A model generated the notes under the pieces. It was given only the letters and a program-made list of their open reading frames with translations, did no database searches and was not told the origin of the DNA. DNA of 32,000 nt from Candidatus Saccharimonadota bacterium. GTDB taxonomy: Bacteria > Patescibacteriota > Gracilibacteria > BD1-5 > UBA6164. Within the stretch, counting starts at the first letter, position 1. Every line of letters begins with the position of its first letter. Position numbers and translations under genes: made by a program. Where the stretch lies: the NCBI GenBank assembly GCA_004563595.2, contig CP042461.1:240001-272000 (forward strand), read 5' to 3'. Shown piece by piece: positions 20,402 through 29,156 of this stretch.

Positions 20402-20478
20402 TGGTCGGAAATGTGAGACTCGAACTCACAACCCCACGCTCCCAAAGCGTGTGCGCTAGCCGATTGCGCCAATTTCCG
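20402..20478 (-). tRNA. tRNA-Pro (anticodon UGG)
   Basis: Reverse complement folds as a cloverleaf: CGGAAAT/ATTTCCG acceptor, anticodon loop TTTGGGA, T-arm GTGAG-TTCGAGT-CTCAC, encoded CCA. Confidence 0.9.
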
Positions 20479-20508
20479 AAATTGTTTTTATTGTTTTTTG
20501 TGTAAAAA

Positions 20509-20585
20509 TGGTGGGTGTACCTGGAGTTGAACCAGGGACCTCACGATTATCAGTCGTGCGCTCTAACCAACTGAGCTATACACCC
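20509..20585 (-). tRNA. tRNA-Ile (anticodon GAU)
   Basis: GGGTGTATAGCTCAGTTGGTTAGAGC..., anticodon loop CTGATAA, T-arm CCTGG-TTCAACT-CCAGG, encoded CCA. Confidence 0.9.
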
Positions 20586-20656
20586 GAAAAAATTTTAAAA
20601 AAGAGGCTAAAGTTTGTTAATATCAAGCTTTAACCACTTTTTGTGAAGTTTAGAAA

Positions 20657-20733
20657 TGGAGCGGGCAATGAGACTCGAACTCACAACCCTCTGCTTGGAA
20701 GGCAGATGCTCTAGCCAATTGAGCTATGCCCGC
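20657..20733 (-). tRNA. tRNA-Gly (anticodon UCC)
   Basis: GCGGGCA acceptor, anticodon loop CTTCCAA, discriminator U, encoded CCA. 77 nt canonical cloverleaf. Confidence 0.9.
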
Positions 20734-20763
20734 AAATATTTATTTCTTAAACTTGCGAGGCAT

Positions 20764-20791
20764 ATATTATGAAAAAAAAGGAGGAAGTCAA
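20764..20791 (-). promoter_or_regulatory. Promoter of the tRNA Gly-Ile-Pro operon
   Basis: On the minus strand: TTGACT (20786-20791), 16-nt spacer, TAATAT (20764-20769), about 30 nt upstream of the tRNA-Gly 5' end. Confidence 0.55.
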
Positions 20792-20808
20792 AGTTTTTTC
20801 TTACTTTT

Positions 20809-21678
20809 TTACTTTTTAAGAATATTTATAGTATCTTCCAATTCTTTTTGCTCTACTGATCATGATAATACGATGAATTCACCTGTTGTATTATTGATAA
20901 TAACACTTGAAGGAGTTGAATTTATTCAAAATTTTCTTCATTGCTCAAACTCTGTTTTTACAAGTTCTAAGTTGCTTTCATTACTGTAACAATCATCAAA
21001 GCTTTTTTCTTCTATGTTAAAGTCTTTTACAATTGTAGCTATATTTTCTAAATCATATCATTCACCACCTCATAGAGTATTTGAGAAAACAGAATCAATA
21101 TAGCTGAGATAATTTTCACCATTACTGAGTTTTTCAATACATTTTCAGGCAAGTGCTTCTTTTTCTGAATTTTTATGTATTGGGAGAGGGAAGTTCTTGA
21201 AGATATAGTTTACATCGTCATTAAACTCGTTTAGAGTACTATCTATTGTTCCATTATTGTGGTAACTAATACAATATGGACATTCAAGATCAGAAAATTC
21301 AATGAATGTGAGAAGAGCTCAAGAATTTCATTTGATATATGATCCTGACTTTAACTCTAAAAGATCTCTCCAATTGAGCATATTTGCTTGATTACTGACT
21401 TCTTTGATTGATTTTTGTCTGATATTATATATATGTTCAGGGTTTTCTTTTTTGAGCTGATGAATATATTTGACCATTTCTTCTTTTTGAAGCTCTTTTA
21501 GTATGGTATAGTTATCTTTTCCTCATATTTCTTTATATTCATTCTCCATAATTGTATTACTCACTTCTATGGATACTTGTTTACTGTAGAAGGCAATTGA
21601 CCATATAATTGAAAGAGTAGAAACAAGTATAGTTATAATAAGAAGAATATTTGTATCTATGTGGATATATTTTTTCAT
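20809..21678 (-). CDS. DsbA-family thiol:disulfide oxidoreductase, membrane-anchored
   Basis: N-terminal TM helix. LTFIEFSDLECPYCISYH thioredoxin-fold CPYC active site. TAA at 20809-20811. Confidence 0.8.
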
Positions 21679-21722
21679 ATTGGATATATTAACGTGTAAA
21701 AATTATAAATGTATCTTGGAAT

Positions 21723-22094
21723 TTATTCTCATTTCAGAATCTCAAGAGGCTGTTTCAGCTTTTCAGGAATTGGAGCATGTTTAATCATATATGTAATAGT
21801 ACAGTAAAATGTATTATTTAAATCATTAAAGAGATTGTTACTTGCCATAATACATCAATTTGATATCCCTATTTTGTATGGTTCGAGACTATTCACAAGT
21901 CGTGAATTTCAAGCCTCGAGATGTTTGACTCAGTCTATATCATACATATATCATCTATAATTACTTTCTTCTAGGTTATCAACATAATCTAATACACAAG
22001 CGTTTTCTCAAGGGGTACTGAGATAATATCGCAGGGTTGGGATTCATACCATGAGCATGAGTATAGCAGGATATATTATGAGTTTTGATTTCAT
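21723..22094 (-). CDS. Hypothetical membrane-anchored protein (123 aa)
   Basis: ATG 22094 with TGA=Gly reading to TAA 21723-21725. N-terminal hydrophobic segment. No motif recognised. Confidence 0.5.
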
Positions 22095-22219
22095 GGTTTT
22101 GTTTCACTAGGAATTACTACACTGTTTACACTTTGTTGTTCTTGTTTTCAATAACTGTATCAAAGAAAAAATGATATACAGATAAGAAAAGATGAGATGA
22201 TAATTTTGTAGTCTTTCAT
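22076..22219 (-). CDS. Possible small membrane/secreted peptide (47 aa)
   Basis: ATG 7 nt after the folD stop. Hydrophobic IIISSFLICISFFLG. Overlaps the next gene by 19 nt. Weak support. Confidence 0.3.
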
Positions 22220-22225
22220 GGATAA

Positions 22226-23053
22226 TTATTTTAATTGTTCTGCTTGCAAAGTATTACTCATGAGCATTGCTACTGTAAGTGCTCATACTCAGCCAGGAAC
22301 TGGAGTTATTGTATGTCATGCTTTTTCTATATTTTCAAAATCAGTATCTCAGTGTATTTTACCATCTATGACAGTAAATCATACATCTATAATAGTGCTT
22401 CATTTTTTGAGCATATTTTCTTTTAATAGCTGTGGTATTCATGTTGCTACAATAACGATATCAGATCTGAGGGTATGTTCACTCGTGTTTTTTGTTTTAC
22501 TATTACATGAAATGACAGTTGCTCACGCGTTCATGAGAAGTGCAACAAGAGGTTTTCAAACTATATTACTTTTTCCTATTACTGTAACGACTTTTCATTC
22601 TAAGTTTTCTCATATACTTTTAAAAATATTCATGATTCATGCAGGAGTACATGATACAAATCAAGAGGTGTCTCATATAAGAACTTTTCATACGTTTTCT
22701 GGATGAAAGCCATCGACATCTTTTTTCGGAGAAATAGATGCAATCAGTTTTTTTTCATTAATATGATTTGGAAGAGGAAGTTGAACCATATATCAACTAA
22801 TACTTTCGTTATTATTAAAATATTCAATTTGTGATAAAATCTCTTCTTCGGTTATATTATCTTTAAATATTTTTAACTCGAAGTTAATTCATAGGTATTC
22901 TGCCCATTTTTTCTTTTCATTAATATATCTCAAACTTGGGCTATTTTCTCATACAAGAATAACTCCTAAAGTCGGTTTTGTTTTCATTCAACTTACCTCT
23001 TTTTTTATTTCTTCATATATGTTTGATGCAATTTGTTTTCAGTCTATAATCAT
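22226..23053 (-). CDS. folD: Bifunctional methylenetetrahydrofolate dehydrogenase/cyclohydrolase
   Basis: [53 protein letters not shown]. By my count 20 of 25 Gly codons are TGA. Confidence 0.9.
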
Positions 23054-23173
23054 TGAAGTCTATTATTATTATTAAGTTTTACTGTATACAAAACTATTTA
23101 AAAAAGATTAAATTGCAAATTATAGATATTGGATATAATTTTTTTGACCTTATATTTTATAATTTTTCAACTC

Positions 23174-24172
23174 TTGAGTAATAGGATATTATGAATTCTT
23201 ATTTTGTTTCTATTTTTTATCACGTGATATATTTTTTATCAGTATTTTTTTGTGTATAAACTTGTAGAAATAAAAATTATATCAAATGTATGAGATTATA
23301 GAGTAGAACTACAGTCTGAAAAAATTCATAAAACATTTTCTTTTGAATGTCCTGAACAAGAGTGTTCTTTAAAAGAGATTTCACCTTTTGATTACAATAT
23401 TTCTGTTATAAAAGATGGATACCTCTTACATAATTCAGAACTTATTTTTGAATGAAGAGAGAAGGTAAGTTTAGAAGTAATCTTAGAAAAAGAAATTACT
23501 TTGGAAAAACAAGAGTTATCCGAAATTGTAGAATTAACAAAAATAGAAAAGATAGAGCAAATTAAGAAAAAAAGAGGATCATATGCTTTCTTTTCTTTTC
23601 AAGACGGAAGAGAATATTCTTTTCTTGAGAATAATGGAGTTTTAGATTTATATTTGGGAGAAAATAAAGTGGGATCTTTTGATATAGAAAAAAAGAAAGA
23701 TATTCTTTTACAAGAAGTGTCATGAAGTTCAGATTACATATATTTACAAATGGGAACGAATAAAAGCTTATATAACATAGTAAATAAGTCTCTGTATCCT
23801 ATATCTTTAAAAATTCCCGTTGTATATGTTAAAGAATGATGAAATAATTTTGAATTTTTAATGGTTACTGATAAGGGAACATTTATTTATTCAATACGAG
23901 ATAATAGCCTTAATTATTTCACATTTTTTCAAGACTTCGTGTATCTTGAGGATTCATACATTGGGATTATCAATTCTGATGAGAAAAAAAGGTTACAAAA
24001 TTTATGACTTGAAAAAGAAACTCAAAATTTGGTTATTTCATATAATCCAAAAACAAAAGAAAGAAAAATATTATTTAGGACCTTTTTAGATATTTTAAAA
24101 GTTGTGAAAGAGTGAGAAAATATTATTCTAATAGATGATGATGGAGGGGAATATAAGTTAGAAAATTTTTAA
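23174..24172 (+). CDS. Hypothetical protein with N-terminal signal-anchor. Start uncertain (TTG 23174; frame open from 23126; GTG 23252 is an alternative)
   Basis: No in-frame ATG near the 5' end. MSNRILGILILFLFFITGYIFYQYFF-like anchor, then about 300 aa with no recognised motif. TAA at 24170-24172. Candidate TTGCAA/TATAAT promoter at 23113-23139. Confidence 0.5.
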
Positions 24173-24204
24173 AATATTCTTCATGTATATGCTATAAAAT
24201 TCTG

Positions 24205-24232
24205 TTGACTTCAATGTTGAAAAAAATATAAT
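24205..24232 (+). promoter_or_regulatory. Near-consensus sigma70-type promoter of the pilin-like gene
   Basis: TTGACT (24205-24210), 16-nt spacer, TATAAT (24227-24232), 30 nt before ATG 24263. Confidence 0.65.
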
Positions 24233-24262
24233 TTCCTACATTATCCTCCTTAATTGTATTTT

Positions 24263-25816
24263 ATGCAACAGACAAAAAACAAAGCTTTTACTTTGGTAGA
24301 ATTAATAGTTGTAATTACTATACTCGTTATTCTTTGAACGATAGCTTTTATCTCACTCCAATGATATAGTAAACACGCAAGAAATAGTGCAAGAATTTCA
24401 GATATAAAAAATACTGAAAAAGTACTTGAGTTTTTTGCTTTAAAAACAGGAAAATATCCGTTTCCATGAAACTCAGTAGATGTAACGGCATCATGAGGGA
24501 CCGTTACATTATGGAAGACATGAGAAATGAATGCTGATGTACAAAGACAAGTTGAAAGACTTTCTAAGCTTCCACTTGATCCAAAAACAGGGGAAACTAT
24601 GAAATATGCAACGACATTAAGTAGGAAAGAATATGAATTAAAGTATGATTTTGAACTTGCACAAAATAGTATTACAACTACTAGTTATGCAGAATCAACT
24701 TCACCATACGTGAAATGAAGTTATAATTGATTGTATCTATTAGCAGATAATGCTACGTATTACTGAGTTCCATGACTTCATACATCTTCAGCAATACTTG
24801 ACCTTGCAGTAGATTTTTCATTAAATGATAAAATATTAAATTTTCAAGTATCTCCATTGAGTTATTCATGAGTGACTCTTAACTCATCTAATCTCGAAGC
24901 AAATTACCTGAATTTTTGACTGGCACTTAAGACTGCTTATGAAGGCGAATCTGAACTGAATTATGGACTTTATTTAAAGGTAACAGAGCTTGATGATGCA
25001 ACTGCAGAAAATTTTGCAAAAAGTATTACTTCATGAAAGACTGTACAAAGTGTAAGTGAACCAGAAGAGGAAGTAGTAGTAGTAGTAGTAGTAGTAGTCT
25101 TACCATGATGGAGGGGGCAAGATACTAATTGTGATATTGATGATATTACAATTGGATCACAAGTATGGGCATGATGTAACTCTACGTTGTGAACTGGGGT
25201 TGAGTGGTGAAAACAAGATAATTGAAGTGATGGGACTATAAATCTTTGTTATGATTATGATGGAAATGTTGTTGCTACATGTGCTATATGAGATGCACTT
25301 ATGGCAAGTAACGTAAAGGCTAATGCATGGTTTACTGGAACAAATACAAATTCAGATACTGCAGTAGATAATATATGGTGAAAATTTTATAGCTGGGATA
25401 ATTTAGATACTGATAATGACAACGATATAGATGCTGATGACACAAACTTAGTTTGTGGACAAGGATATCATGTTCCAAGTGATGCGGAATGGGAGATCCT
25501 TGAAACTACTCTAAATGGATGAACAAATTGTAGAAATACTGTAGATTGATGGTTATGTGACGGTTTATGATGGAGTTGATATAATGCTAAAACAACTTGA
25601 AATAATCTTATCCAAGCATTGTGACTTCCTCTTGCTGGCTTCCGTAATACTGATGGGGCTACATTTAGCCATAGAGGGAATCATGCTTATATATGGTTAA
25701 GCACACTAGATGGGGCTTCTGCATATTTTAGAAGCTTCCGTTGGAATCTTTCTCTCGTTTTGCGTAGTACCTATGGTAAGTCATATGGGTTTTCAGTTCG
25801 TTGTATCAAAGATTAA
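24263..25816 (+). CDS. Type IV pilin-like N-terminus fused to a FISUMP (Fibrobacter succinogenes major paralogous) type C-terminal domain
   Basis: MQQTKNKAFTLVELIVVITILVIL prepilin-type leader and hydrophobic helix. C-terminal CGQGYHVPSDAEWEILE ... LPLAGFRN ... YGFSVRCIKD. TAA at 25814-25816. Confidence 0.75.
25073..25096 (+). repeat. (GTA)8 trinucleotide microsatellite inside the pilin-like gene
   Basis: Eight perfect GTA units followed by GTC, in frame, encoding nine consecutive Val between the N-terminal region and the FISUMP domain. Confidence 0.95.
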
Positions 25817-25829
25817 TAACACTAAATAA

Positions 25830-25952
25830 ATGACCACAAATATAAGCATTCATACATTCCTAAACGATGCAGAGGAGCAATTAATAAGAGTATTCAATGA
25901 AGAAGAAAATTATGATGATATGGAAATGATATTATTTTTTCATCAATCATAA
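25830..25952 (+). CDS. Possible acidic 40-aa peptide
   Basis: ATG is 14 nt after the pilin-like stop. Ends just before the terminator. No motif. Weak support. Confidence 0.25.
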   Translation: MTTNISIHTFLNDAEEQLIRVFNEEENYDDMEMILFFHQS

Positions 25953-25954
25953 AA

Positions 25955-25990
25955 CAAAAAAAGAGACACGATATATCGTGTCTCTTTTTA
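25955..25990. terminator. Bidirectional intrinsic terminator
   Basis: 24-nt perfect palindrome agagacacgatatatcgtgtctct flanked by A- and T-runs. Confidence 0.85.
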
Positions 25991-28426
25991 CATCACTCAA
26001 ATTCTATATTCTATTTCTTTACTTACAAATGCTTTATCTCTTCCATATTTCAGTCTAGATAGTTCTGTAAATGCTTTTGATAGTTTTGGATCTCATGTTT
26101 CCAGATAAGGATTTACAGGAATAATTGAGAAAGGAGTGGTTGGTTGATTATCAACTGATAATTTCATCACTGCTTTAAATTTATCCATATTTACCAGGTC
26201 TTGATTTGAAAAAGTTGGAGCATAGTATTTTTCCATGAACTCTCAATCTTCTGGTCAGATTTTGTAACTCATAATACTTCATACATTCCCGAAAATTGCT
26301 TGTTTGAGATTTAGGTTTGATTTTGTAAGCGCATCAGATTTTTCTAATTGTCAGAGATATTGATGGGCTAGAACCATTCACAGACGGTATTTTCTGGCCT
26401 CTGATAGGATTGATTCTATACTTGGAGTTATATAGTTCTGAAATTCATCAATATACATAAAGAAGTCACTTCTTTCTTCTTTTTCAAGATTTTGTCTTCT
26501 CATGGCCGCAATTTGTATCTTACTTACCAATATCAATCAAAGAAGTTCTGAGTTCAAATCTCACAGGATTCATTTACTCAAGTTTACCATAAGAACTTTT
26601 TTATTTTGCATGATATCATAGATGTCAAAACTACTTGTTGTTTGACCGATGATATTTCTCATCATGGTATTGGTTATGAATCAACCAAATTTTGCAGAGA
26701 AATATGGGATCATTTCTTGTTTTTCTTTTTCTCCCATACTCGCATATGTTTGCTCCCACCATGCTTTTACGATAGGATTTTTTATTTGTGTGACGCGAGA
26801 TTTTTGAAATTCTTTATCTGTAAAGAGTCTTACTATATCTGTAATTGCTCAACCTCATTGGAATTCCATGAGAGCAAGGACTCAGTTTCTGAAGTAATCT
26901 TGAAGCCTTGGACCAAAGATCTCGTTTCAGAATAGCTTGATCATTATATTCAGTGCATCAGCCGCAACAAGGTCCATTTCTTCTGGAGAATTACATTCAA
27001 GAAGATTCAGTCCCATAGGTCTATCTGTATCAGAAGGATCAAAAAGGATCACATCATCAGCTCTTTCTCTTGGGATAAATGGGATGAGGTCTTTCACTAA
27101 ATCTCCATGTGGATCAATGACAGCCATTCATTCTCCGTTTGCGAGATCTTGCCTTCCCATAACTTGCATGATACTTGATTTTCAGGTTCCGGTTTGTCAG
27201 ATTACATAAAAATGCCTAAATCTATCTTCTGTTTTTATTTTGATTTCTTTTTTTATACCTCTATATATATTGTGTCAGAGAAGAAGTCATTCTTTTGGTA
27301 TATCATTTGGAGCTTTTACGATTTTGAAGTTTTGCCACTTTATCTCTGGAGTTTTATTATATTTGATGTGAGGTAAGTGAAATAGAGAAGCCAACTCTTC
27401 TGTATTTAAAATCATTTTTTTCAAATAAAATGGTTTTTTAAAATATCTATAGATATAGTTTTTTATGAGAATCTTTTTCTTGTGATTCAGGGTAGAAGAA
27501 AATTTATTAAAGTCTGGATAAGAGAACTGTGAAAAAGCAGAGACTATATTAGTAAGCTCTGTATCAACCATATGACTATCATTTCATGTTGCAATAACTC
27601 TGATAATGACTTCAAAACCTGTCTTATCTCATTTTTCATCTACTGTCTTTGCTCTTTCTTGTGTGAGTGCTGATGTTTCACCTTCATTATTTGTTGGGGT
27701 TGAATCTTCGTCAGTAGAAGAGAATATCACTCCGAGTATCCATATTATAAGCTTAAAAGGATTCAAACTCATTCAGGCCTTCTTTCATTTCATCATGCTG
27801 CTTGATACCTTTGTACAATCTGATTGCCAATCATCATCTATTGGTTTGAGGACGATTTGTATAGCTGCTGACTCATCTTCTTCTAGCTTTGAAAATGCAT
27901 TGGTTATATTATTTATCGGATCTGATTCAAGTTTTTGATACGTTTTAATAGGGTAGAAAAATGCTTTTGCAGCATTGAGGTAGGTTCCTTTGTGATACTT
28001 TCTATTTTTAAAGATATTCACTTCTGTTGTTTCTTCTATAATAGCATCTGAAAAGAATCAGTTGATTTGTTTTTCTACAAGGTGTTTATAGTTTTTTGGG
28101 ATAACAACAAAGAAAAGTATTTCTCATTTGTGAGCGATGTATTCAAAACTGAGAATATCTTGTCAGAGTATTTTTTTTAATATTTTTCCTGAGTAGATAC
28201 TTTTCAGAGATGAAAATAACTGTTCCATAATAGAGATCATTTCTTTGAAATCTTTTGCTGTATCTTGCTTCTCATCAAGATCACTTGTTTTTTTTGGAAG
28301 GGTAACTTTGAGAAAAGTGAGCTTTAGGGTCCTTTTAAAATCCTCTTTTTTTCTCAGAAGTTTTAAAGAAATAAATCATATAATATATATGATTATGAGA
28401 GATATAATTATTACTTGATAGTCCAT
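25988..28426 (-). CDS. Membrane-anchored VirD4/TraD/TraG-like P-loop ATPase (coupling-protein family), 812 aa
   Basis: N-terminal TM helix plus about 330 aa of unknown sequence. Walker A FYVIGQTGTGKSS (two of its Gly are TGA at 27197-27199 and 27182-27184), VIDPHGDL, Walker B FFMYIDEFQ, ARKYRLGMVLAHQYLGQL. TAA at 25988-25990. Confidence 0.8.
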
Positions 28427-28579
28427 TACTTTTTTTTATATCGAATACTTAGCTGAGTATATCATTATTTGATAATAAATGAAGTTTTATATTGAAAAAC
28501 TTGATAAATGAGTTGAAAAGTACAAAAAAAAAGGTATAAAAATCATAGTGAAAATTTCTATTTAAAAAATAATATAAAC

Positions 28580-29029
28580 ATGTCTAAAATAATTCTTCTT
28601 GAATCAATTCGTTCAATGCAAAATGTGGGAGCTATTTTTAGGAACTCAGATGGTGCCTGATTTGAAAAGGTTATTTTAACGGGGCATACTCCATGTCCAC
28701 CGAGAAATGATATTAGTAAAACTGCGCTTGGAGCACAGAATTTTATAGATTGGGAGTATTATGCGGATGTAAAAGAAGTAATAAAAAAATTAAAAAATGA
28801 TGGATATAAAATCTACTCTGTTGAGCTAGATGAGAGGAGTGTAGATTATACAGAACTTTTTCATGAATCAGAAGAAAAGGTTGTTTTAATTATGTGAAAC
28901 GAAATCAATGGAGTCAGTAAAGAATTGTTAGACTTATCTGATAAAATAATTATTATACCAATGAGATGAAAAAAGGAGTCACTAAACGTATCAGTGGCTG
29001 CTTGAATCGTAATGTATGCTGTCAGTTAA
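28580..29029 (+). CDS. SpoU/TrmH-family RNA 2'-O-methyltransferase (149 aa)
   Basis: NVGAIFRNSDGAGF, VLIMGNEINGVS, IPMRGKKESLNVSVAAGIVMY motifs. TAA at 29027-29029. Confidence 0.8.
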
Positions 29030-29144
29030 TACCTAAATAAAATTGGTTTTTCCATTTTTAGAAAACGGTTTTAAGTGTTAGATTACTAATTTCATGTTTT
29101 ATTACCGCTCTAAAAGTGGAAAAACCAATTTTATTTAGGTATTA
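29027..29144. repeat. 118-bp inverted repeat (about 40-bp arms, 36-nt loop): long terminator hairpin or MITE-like insertion
   Basis: taatacctaaataaaattggtttttcca is 28 nt perfectly mirrored, with weaker pairing continuing to ...cgg/ccg.... Flanked by TA/TA and followed by a T-run. Confidence 0.8.
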
Positions 29145-29156
29145 ATTTTTCCGAAG

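Noticed and set aside
14736-20478. CRISPR array or integron attC array as the explanation of the repeated units
   Set aside because: Spacing is 0.5-2.2 kb and contains whole genes, so it is not a CRISPR array. The hairpins look like A-run/stem/T-run terminators. They match the attC R''/R' consensus only at AAC...GTT. No intI-like gene is present.
22218-22706. 162-aa and 63-aa plus-strand ORFs
   Set aside because: Antisense to folD, whose motifs are unambiguous on the minus strand. No start context and no motif.
25500-25816. Diversity-generating retroelement variable region at the C-terminus of the lectin-like FISUMP domain
   Set aside because: No reverse transcriptase gene and no template-repeat copy of this segment anywhere in the window. 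It cannot be excluded for a distal TR, but nothing here supports it.
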